In this document: positions 57,380-64,000 of the stretch, in pieces | How positions within the stretch are numbered: the first letter of the stretch is position 1 | Layout: each line of letters begins with the position of its first letter | Source of the DNA: Bacteriovoracaceae bacterium | Lineage (GTDB): Bacteria > Bdellovibrionota > Bacteriovoracia > Bacteriovoracales > Bacteriovoracaceae | NCBI GenBank assembly: GCA_048270185.1 | Contig: JBLWTJ010000001.1 | Location: 1,632,001 to 1,696,000 of the forward strand | DNA: 64,000 nucleotides | Direction of reading: 5' to 3' | Notes under the pieces: model-generated | The model's input: only the letters and a program-made list of their open reading frames with translations | The model's database searches: none | What the model was told of the DNA's origin: nothing | Made by a program: the position numbers and the translations under genes

Positions 57380-58939
57380 TTACTTAGCAACTCCAACTGC
57401 TTTAGTCTCACGAACAACTGTAATTTTAATTGTTCCTGGATATGACATTTGCTCCTCGATTTGCTTAGCAATATTACGAGATAGCATAACAGTTTCTTCG
57501 TCAGTAACTTTATCGTTTTCAACAAAGACACGTACTTCACGTCCACCTGAGATTGCATATGACTTGCTAACACCTTCGAAAGAGTTAACAATTTCTTCAA
57601 TATCAGTAAGACGAGAAACATAAGACTCAGTAAGTGCCTTACGAGCACCTGGTCTTGCACCTGAGATCGCATCAGCTGCTGCAACAATGTGAGCAAGAAT
57701 TGATTCTGGTTTTTCATCATCGTGGTGAGCACGGATAGCGTGAACAACGTCAGCCGACTCTCCAAACTTACGAGCAAAGTCAGCACCGATAACCGCGTGA
57801 GAACCTTCAGCAGAAGCATCAAGAACTTTTCCGATATCGTGTAAAAGACCAGCACGACGAGCTTGTTTAATATTTAATCCCATTTCAGCTGCCATTGCTC
57901 CAGCAACAAATGCTGCTTCAATTGCGTGCTGATATTGGTTCTGAGTATATGAAGTTCTAAAGTTAAGAGCTCCAACAAGCTTCAGAATTTCTGGGTGAAT
58001 ACCGTGAACACCGATTTCCATCTGTGCTTTCTCACCAAGAGCTAGAAGTTTCTTTTCAAACTCGGCCTTAGATTTATCGTGGAATTCTTCAATCTTTGCA
58101 GGGTGGATACGACCGTCAGCAATTAGCTTTTCAATTGTATCTTTTGCGATCTCACGTCTTACAACGTTAAATGAAGAAATAACAACAATCTCTGGAGTAT
58201 CATCGATAATTAAGTCAACACCACAAATTTGCTCAAAGGCACGGATGTTACGACCTTCACGACCAATTAGACGTCCCTTTACATCATCAGAAGGTAGGTC
58301 AACAGTTGAGATCGTCTTTTCACCAACGTGCTCTCCTGCATATCTTTGAATCGCAATACCAACAATTCTTTTCGCACGGTTCTCAGCATCTTCTTTTGCC
58401 TCTTCTTCCATGCGTTTTATCATTTTAGAGAAATCTACTTGAGCTTCTTCCTTCATTGTATCAAGTAGCTCGTCTTTCGCTTGCTCCTTAGTCATTGCCG
58501 CAACTTCTGAAAGCTTATTAGCATACTCTTCAATACGAATAACGTACTTTTCTTTTTCTTTAAGAGCGTCGAGTTCTTTTTCTTTTACCTCTTCTTCTCT
58601 TTTTTCGATTTTCTTAAACTTATCATCAAGTTCATCCATTTTAGATTCAAGTTTTGCTTGTCTCTTATTTAGATCTTTTTCTTGATCATTTAATTCGCGT
58701 TTAATTTTTTCCGCGTACTTTTCAGCATCTTTCTTTTCTTCTTGTGCTGCTTCTTTTGCTTCTTTTCTTGCTTTATAGCTTATGTCTTTTGCTTGTGCCT
58801 TGGCCTTCTCGATGATTTCGTCACCCTTTTGTTCTCTTTCAGCAAGTTCTTTCTTTGCCTGAAGATTACGGATAACAAAACCAACAGCTAGTCCAATCAC
58901 AAGAAAAAGAAGTGAAGCTAAGATTAAATCCATACTCAT
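57380..58939 (-). CDS. rny: Ribonuclease Y
   Basis: TM anchor, coiled coil, KH (KGRLIGREGRNIR), HD (LLHDIGK), ADAISGARPGAR. Confidence 0.97.
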   Translation of the reverse strand: MSMDLILASLLFLVIGLAVGFVIRNLQAKKELAEREQKGDEIIEKAKAQAKDISYKARKEAKEAAQEEKKDAEKYAEKIKRELNDQEKDLNKRQAKLESKMDELDDKFKKIEKREEEVKEKELDALKEKEKYVIRIEEYANKLSEVAAMTKEQAKDELLDTMKEEAQVDFSKMIKRMEEEAKEDAENRAKRIVGIAIQRYAGEHVGEKTISTVDLPSDDVKGRLIGREGRNIRAFEQICGVDLIIDDTPEIVVISSFNVVRREIAKDTIEKLIADGRIHPAKIEEFHDKSKAEFEKKLLALGEKAQMEIGVHGIHPEILKLVGALNFRTSYTQNQYQHAIEAAFVAGAMAAEMGLNIKQARRAGLLHDIGKVLDASAEGSHAVIGADFARKFGESADVVHAIRAHHDDEKPESILAHIVAAADAISGARPGARKALTESYVSRLTDIEEIVNSFEGVSKSYAISGGREVRVFVENDKVTDEETVMLSRNIAKQIEEQMSYPGTIKITVVRETKAVGVAK

Positions 58940-58949
58940 CTCTTTCTCC

Positions 58950-59525
58950 CTATTGATTAACTTTAGTCATTCCCTCATCAGTTACGATAAAGTCCATCAC
59001 CTGATCATGATCCTCAAGCTTCACTAATTCAATTAACTGCTGACTAAAGCAAATTCCTATTTTTATAACTCTTCTTTTTAGCGTACTTTCAATTTTCTCA
59101 AGGTAGCGATCATAATAACCCTTACCTCGGCCCAAGCGCCCACCACTTTTATCAAATGCGACACCTGGAACTAAGATGATTTCTGGCCAAATAACTTTTC
59201 TATCATTGGCAGGAATTTTAAAACTCTTCCCAAAGGCTTTATCAATAACCAGTTCATCTACTTTAGACTCTTTAAAGACCATGTCATTCGAGTCTTCACT
59301 GAAGAATGGAAAGCAAAGCTTTACGTCTTCCTCAATGCTTAAACAATTTACTTCATCATCTAATGGATAATAGATCCCTAGATAATCTGGATTTAAATTT
59401 TCGGAATTAAAAAGAGATTTGAGATTTTGAACAACTTGACGTGAAAGATTTTGAATTTCTTCGCTATCTAATACTTCAAGCTTCTTTAATATTTCAAATC
59501 GAAGCTCTTGCTTGCCGAAGCTCAT
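58950..59525 (-). CDS. 5-formyltetrahydrofolate cyclo-ligase
   Basis: VPGVAFD..G.RLGRGKGYYDRYL, HD..MD. Confidence 0.93.
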   Translation of the reverse strand: MSFGKQELRFEILKKLEVLDSEEIQNLSRQVVQNLKSLFNSENLNPDYLGIYYPLDDEVNCLSIEEDVKLCFPFFSEDSNDMVFKESKVDELVIDKAFGKSFKIPANDRKVIWPEIILVPGVAFDKSGGRLGRGKGYYDRYLEKIESTLKRRVIKIGICFSQQLIELVKLEDHDQVMDFIVTDEGMTKVNQ

Positions 59526-59530
59526 CTTTT

Positions 59531-59836
59531 TTAATGAGTCTTTGGAAGCGCTTCTTCAATCAATTTTAAGGCGTTATCAGATAATGTCTTCATATCAGAG
59601 ATGTCATTTTTCATTTCTTTCTCTAATGTAAGCTTCTCTTTCGCTAGCTCAAGTGCAACCAATGCTGCTAATTGAGAACCAGAAATTGAGGGTGCCTTTT
59701 GGCGAATATTATCTGCGATAGCTTCAACGTAATCGACAATTTCTGTCGCTGAAACTACCTCATCTTCTTTAGACTCTTTGAGCCTAAAATTATGACCTAA
59801 TACTTGATATTCTTTAACTTCCGAACTTATATCCAT
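59531..59836 (-). CDS. zapA: Cell division protein ZapA-like
   Basis: Size, VLG..F.L, AALVAL, and conserved zapA-cyclo-ligase-rny context. Confidence 0.75.
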   Translation of the reverse strand: MDISSEVKEYQVLGHNFRLKESKEDEVVSATEIVDYVEAIADNIRQKAPSISGSQLAALVALELAKEKLTLEKEMKNDISDMKTLSDNALKLIEEALPKTH

Positions 59837-59878
59837 AGTAATTCAATTGTAGTCCTACAAAGGATTTCAGTCAATCAA

Positions 59879-61063
59879 TCAATTACCTACTAGTGCGTCA
59901 AGATATTCATCTAAATTGAACACACTCAGGTCTTCCACATTCTCTCCAACACCAATATAGGTAATTGGGATTTGAAGACTATCAACGATGGAAATTGCAC
60001 TTCCTGCCTTTGAAGATCCATCACATTTTGTGAAAATCAGCCCTGTTAGCTCTAAAGCTTTATTAAACTCTTCGGCTTGGCGAATTGCATTCTGTCCAGT
60101 GATGGCGTCAATCACTAAGAGAGTATGATGAGGTGCATCTTCCATTAGCTTCTTCAGAACATTCTTACTCTTTGTAAGCTCATCCATTAAGTTACCTGCT
60201 GTATGGAGTCTTCCGGCCGTATCAAGGATACAGTAATCTGCTTTCTCATTAATCGCTGTTTGCAGAGCATCATAACCAACACCACTTGGGTTAGCGCCTT
60301 CTTTTGCACGAATCATTGTTGCGCCAGAGCGATCGCACCAAACTTGAAGTTGATCAACGGCCGCTGCTCTAAAAGTATCACAAGCACCAACAACAACTTT
60401 CGCACCTTGACGCGTAAGCTTTGTCGCTAATTTTCCAATTGTTGTCGTCTTCCCTGCTCCGTTGACACCAACAACCATAATAACTTTTGGAAGTCCTGTC
60501 TCATTCGGAGTGAATTCAAAGAGATCACCAGGACTCTTTGACTGAACATCTGACATCTTACTTTTTAAGAAATCTTTTATATAACTTTTAAACTGTGCTT
60601 CATTAAAGTCAGCACTCTTGGCCTTTTCTTCTAAGTTCTCAATGAGTTCGCTTGTAGCCTTTGGCCCAAGGTCAGCTCCATAAAGAAGTTCTTCAATTTC
60701 TTCAAGAGCATCATCATCAAGTCCACCTCGGCCAAATATATTTCCAATTTTTCCCCAAACCCCTTCACGAGAGCTTGATAGTCCCTTTGTCAGCCTTTCT
60801 TTCCATGACTTTTCAACAATCTTCGGTTCTTCTACTACTTCTTCAATTGTTTCAGCGACCTCAGAAACAGAAGTCTCCTCTGTCTTAGTCTCTGGTAGTT
60901 TTGGTTGAGTTTTTGGTTTTGTAAGAAAAAAGATTCCAGTAAATCCAGACACACCAAGAACCGAACACAGAGCAATAAAAGCATAAGCATATTCAATCGT
61001 AACAACGATATTCAGTTGAGCTTGATCGGCCCAAGACTGTAGAAAGGCAACGAGTTGCAACAT
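59879..61063 (-). CDS. ftsY: SRP receptor
   Basis: GVNGAGKTTTIGKLA, DTFRAAA, DTAGR, TKCDG. Confidence 0.97.
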   Translation of the reverse strand: MLQLVAFLQSWADQAQLNIVVTIEYAYAFIALCSVLGVSGFTGIFFLTKPKTQPKLPETKTEETSVSEVAETIEEVVEEPKIVEKSWKERLTKGLSSSREGVWGKIGNIFGRGGLDDDALEEIEELLYGADLGPKATSELIENLEEKAKSADFNEAQFKSYIKDFLKSKMSDVQSKSPGDLFEFTPNETGLPKVIMVVGVNGAGKTTTIGKLATKLTRQGAKVVVGACDTFRAAAVDQLQVWCDRSGATMIRAKEGANPSGVGYDALQTAINEKADYCILDTAGRLHTAGNLMDELTKSKNVLKKLMEDAPHHTLLVIDAITGQNAIRQAEEFNKALELTGLIFTKCDGSSKAGSAISIVDSLQIPITYIGVGENVEDLSVFNLDEYLDALVGN

Positions 61064-61134
61064 AATATATTCTCCATTTTGTGTGTTTAAGAGATATGAT
61101 ATATAGGCATAAAAATCAATATTTAAGGCCTAAA

Positions 61135-62094
61135 ATGACGAATAAATTAGAACTTTTCCACCTGCAACAAGGGATTCGTAACTTTTTCAATAAAGAAGGT
61201 TTTCTCGACGTCTTAACGCCGCCTATTGTCGAAAATCCAGGAATGGAAGTTCACATTCATCCATTTGCTATACACTCAATTGTGAATAAGAAAACCCATG
61301 AGCTCTATCTTCATACTTCACCAGAGTTTCATATGAAGGAATTATTAAGCGAGGGCCTTGAAAAGATTTTCACCATGAGTTACTGCTTTCGTGATGAACC
61401 CGATAGTGAAACTCATCGAAAACAATTTATTATGCTCGAGTGGTATCGTGCAAATGAAAATTATCAGACAATCATGAATGACATGATTGAACTTTTTAAA
61501 AGTTGTCATACATACCTTGCCTCCAAGGAAGTTAATGTTATAGATATTGGTGATAGTTTTAGAAAGATGACAGTTGCAGAAATTTTTAAAGAAGTCCTCG
61601 CAATTGAAATCTTGAAACTTCTTGATAAGAGTGAGCTCTACCAAATCATTGATAAAAAATTTAAAAAGATTAATCTTTCTGGAAATGAAGATGACTACGC
61701 ATGGGATGATCTCTTCTTTCTTCTTATGTATAATTATATCGAACCAGAAATGAAGAAGTATCCTTTTCTTCTTCTCTATGAATTCCCTGCTCCATTAAGA
61801 GCACTTTCGACAATTAAAGAAAACGATCCAAGAGTTTGTGAACGCTTTGAAGTTTACTGTCATGGAATAGAAATTTGCAATTGCTTTAATGAACTAACAG
61901 ATAGTAACGAGCAAAGACTGCGTTTCGAAAAAGATGCCCAATTAAAGAAAGAACTCTACAAATATAGCCTAAAGTGGCCCAAACGTTTCATTACGACACT
62001 TGAAAGTGGCCTTCCAAAGTCAGCAGGAATTGCCCTGGGAGTTGAACGCCTTCTCATGGCCTTAACCAAGCGAGAAGACGTCTTCTACGATTAA
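61135..62094 (+). CDS. epmA: EF-P lysine aminoacylase (GenX/EpmA)
   Basis: LHTSPEFHMK, FRDE, H..QF.MLEWY, ERFE, ELTD, GIALGVERL; no anticodon domain; ATG 61135 preferred. Confidence 0.9.
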   Translation: MTNKLELFHLQQGIRNFFNKEGFLDVLTPPIVENPGMEVHIHPFAIHSIVNKKTHELYLHTSPEFHMKELLSEGLEKIFTMSYCFRDEPDSETHRKQFIMLEWYRANENYQTIMNDMIELFKSCHTYLASKEVNVIDIGDSFRKMTVAEIFKEVLAIEILKLLDKSELYQIIDKKFKKINLSGNEDDYAWDDLFFLLMYNYIEPEMKKYPFLLLYEFPAPLRALSTIKENDPRVCERFEVYCHGIEICNCFNELTDSNEQRLRFEKDAQLKKELYKYSLKWPKRFITTLESGLPKSAGIALGVERLLMALTKREDVFYD

Positions 62095-62097
62095 CTA

Positions 62098-62877
62098 TTA
62101 GTTTTGACGTTTTTGAATATAATTAAAGGCCGTATGAAGTTTGAGAATAAATTCTGACTTCACAATTTCAGGAGTCATCTTCATGGCCCAACGATAGTGA
62201 ACACCACTTTCCTTTGTCGAACGGAGTTTACTTTCAAAAATAGGAAAGTCTTTAGCAAGCTGAGCTGATAAGACTGCATACCACTTACCAAAGTCCTCGC
62301 GACTTTTTCCAAGTAGAACATCCATGACATCTAAAGCGTCTTCAACAGCTATGCGCTTAATTGTATAAATATTCAAGCCTTGTAACTTTTCTTGTGTCAG
62401 TTCTTTATTGAGATACTTATCGAAGAATTTGATTGTGAAATCAACTGCAGGTTTTGAAAGTGACTGATTGTAGTTTTCAAGTCTTTGGTAGTACGGAGAA
62501 AGAACAAGTGAGCGATATACCCCTTCTCTTGTTCCTCCTTGCTCAAGCGTTGAGTACCACTTTGTTAATTCATCACGATTAGCATCCAGCTCTCGTGTTG
62601 CTTTAATCAATTCATTTATAAAAGAAAGATTGTATTTAGACATCTGCTCTTTTGTAAAAGGCGACTTGTATTCTTTCTTATTGTAAACACTAAGATCTTT
62701 AGCATCTTTTTTTACAAGTGGTATTTCAGGTAATTCAACCTCATCTCTTTCACCCCAAATCTTATTGGCCAGTGAGACAGAAATATTCTTTTCAACAAAT
62801 GGTCTTAGATTTTGCAAAAGTGTGGTTTGTGCAAAAATTGAATTTGAAAGAAGTAAAACGATTAATATTTTCTTCAC
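62098..62877 (-). CDS. Hypothetical exported protein
   Basis: GTG 62877 after GGAG gives a clean signal peptide (VKKILIVLLLSNSIFA). Confidence 0.7.
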   Translation of the reverse strand: MKKILIVLLLSNSIFAQTTLLQNLRPFVEKNISVSLANKIWGERDEVELPEIPLVKKDAKDLSVYNKKEYKSPFTKEQMSKYNLSFINELIKATRELDANRDELTKWYSTLEQGGTREGVYRSLVLSPYYQRLENYNQSLSKPAVDFTIKFFDKYLNKELTQEKLQGLNIYTIKRIAVEDALDVMDVLLGKSREDFGKWYAVLSAQLAKDFPIFESKLRSTKESGVHYRWAMKMTPEIVKSEFILKLHTAFNYIQKRQN

Positions 62878-63129
62878 TTTTAACTCCATAAAATATGCTG
62901 ATCTTGGCCACAATAAGAATCACTTAGCGGGCTAAAGATAACAGGTATTTAGCGTAATAAGTTTCATTATAAACCGGCAATGTATTTTTAGGAAGTTAGC
63001 AAAAATTAGCCAATAAAATAAGTCGGTTTTGTGTCCTAAAGATAGGCAACAACTACCTCTAAAGCACCGTTATTAGGAGCTTCTGTGAAAACTGTAAAGA
63101 TTGTTTAAGAATCATTCGATAATAATGAT

Positions 63130-64000
63130 ATGAAAACGTTAAAAGGCAAACCGACATTCCACATTTTATTAATCCTACTAGTCCTGGCCACTTCTTGTGT
63201 TCCTGATAGCTTAACAAAGTTTAAGGAAGATACGGCAGCAGGTGACACAGTTGAAACTGATGATGGAAGTTCAACAGATGATTCAACGGAAGATACAGGA
63301 ACAGGAGTCGTTGATGAATCTGGAAATGAAGTCGATCCAGCAACAATTGAATCACCAACAATCTTTCGCTATGACACAATTCAGCCATATGTTTTCGTTA
63401 CAGGCGATGCCGATCTAATTACAAAAGAAGATAGTGCAAATATTGTAGAACAAATTTTTATCGAAGGAATAATGGGAGACTATCTCATTAACCAACTTGT
63501 TGGTGCAGATGGGTCTACTGTTGAGGGAGCAGAGCTTTCATCTGCTTCACGTACAAACTTCCTTGATCCACTCGCCACTTCAGGTTTTAACTTTGGAACA
63601 GACTTAACAGTTACATATGCTTCGACCTTTGAGCTCGATAATGAAACTGGTACGATTGGAGTTCAAAGTTCAACTGTTGAACCACTTCGACCTTTTACAG
63701 TAGCACCATTTACATTTGACTTCTATAGTCCAGCTGATGATGCTAACGCTTCGATAAATGTGACTCTCACTCCAACAATTACTATCCAAGCTCCAATACC
63801 AGAAGAGCTTACAATGGAAACTGATACATCATTTAATTGTACCGGAGCTGATATTCCTACAACTGTTCCATCACCAGCTTCAATTGGTGATACTTACCGT
63901 ATTGCTACGACTTGTTTCTATAACTACGATGGAACGAATACAAATACCGTTGCTTACCCTTACTCTGGTTCAATTTATATTGGTTTCAAACTTGATACAA
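63130..64000 (+). CDS. Acidic Thr/Asp-rich surface lipoprotein (runs off the right edge)
   Basis: Not in ORF track. ATG 63130: MKTLKGKPTFHILLILLVLATSC|VPDSLTKFKEDTAAGDTVETDDGSSTDD...; lipobox followed by acidic linker; appears to continue to window end. Confidence 0.8.
   Translation, partial: MKTLKGKPTFHILLILLVLATSCVPDSLTKFKEDTAAGDTVETDDGSSTDDSTEDTGTGVVDESGNEVDPATIESPTIFRYDTIQPYVFVTGDADLITKEDSANIVEQIFIEGIMGDYLINQLVGADGSTVEGAELSSASRTNFLDPLATSGFNFGTDLTVTYASTFELDNETGTIGVQSSTVEPLRPFTVAPFTFDFYSPADDANASINVTLTPTITIQAPIPEELTMETDTSFNCTGADIPTTVPSPASIGDTYRIATTCFYNYDGTNTNTVAYPYSGSIYIGFKLDT

Noticed and set aside
57313..57855. 180-aa minus-strand ORF
   Set aside because: Alternative frame within rny that runs through its terminator
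63140..63175. AAAGGCAAACC as the start of a c-di-GMP-I riboswitch
   Set aside because: Lies within coding sequence and lacks the following GAAA hairpin and second stem
1..64000. tRNA, rRNA, CRISPR, prophage or defence genes; remaining short ORF-track entries
   Set aside because: No such signatures seen by eye; the short ORFs are antisense or alternative-frame shadows of well-supported genes

Overview
AT-rich bacterial chromosome segment. Gene content and protein style suggest a predatory Bdellovibrionota organism (Bacteriovoracaceae/Halobacteriovorax-like); this is inference only. Positions 1-29.5 kb are a large sugar-biosynthesis and glycosylation island with scrambled gene orientation. It holds three radical SAM enzymes (one B12-type, one fused to a GT2), two split transketolase pairs, three DegT aminotransferases, HddA/HddC-like kinase and nucleotidyltransferase, a Gmd-like SDR, a sugar C-methyltransferase and a 'sporadic carbohydrate cluster' module. 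It also has polyprenyl-phosphate-type GT2s and polytopic GT-C-like proteins, but no recognisable GT4, Wzx or Wzm/Wzt. At its centre is a 689-aa type IV pilin-like protein with a gp5/VgrG-like octapeptide repeat region, followed 3 nt later by a GT-C-like gene. The best candidate novel system is therefore lipid-carrier-dependent glycosylation of a pilin/fibre with exotic sugars. Positions 29.5-64 kb are mostly housekeeping: aroB-aroA fusion, aroC, tolC, rnpB, ptrB, mutY, nadBC, ung, fused E1 dehydrogenase, ldh, dus, rny, zapA, ftsY, epmA. Non-coding oddities there include a 28-bp inverted-repeat element enclosing a TATAAT upstream of an outer-membrane protein gene, a possible CsrA-binding small RNA, a secreted hydrolase apparently lacking a canonical start codon, and a possible leader peptide before a CorC/CNNM gene. 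No tRNA, rRNA, CRISPR array or transposase was seen.
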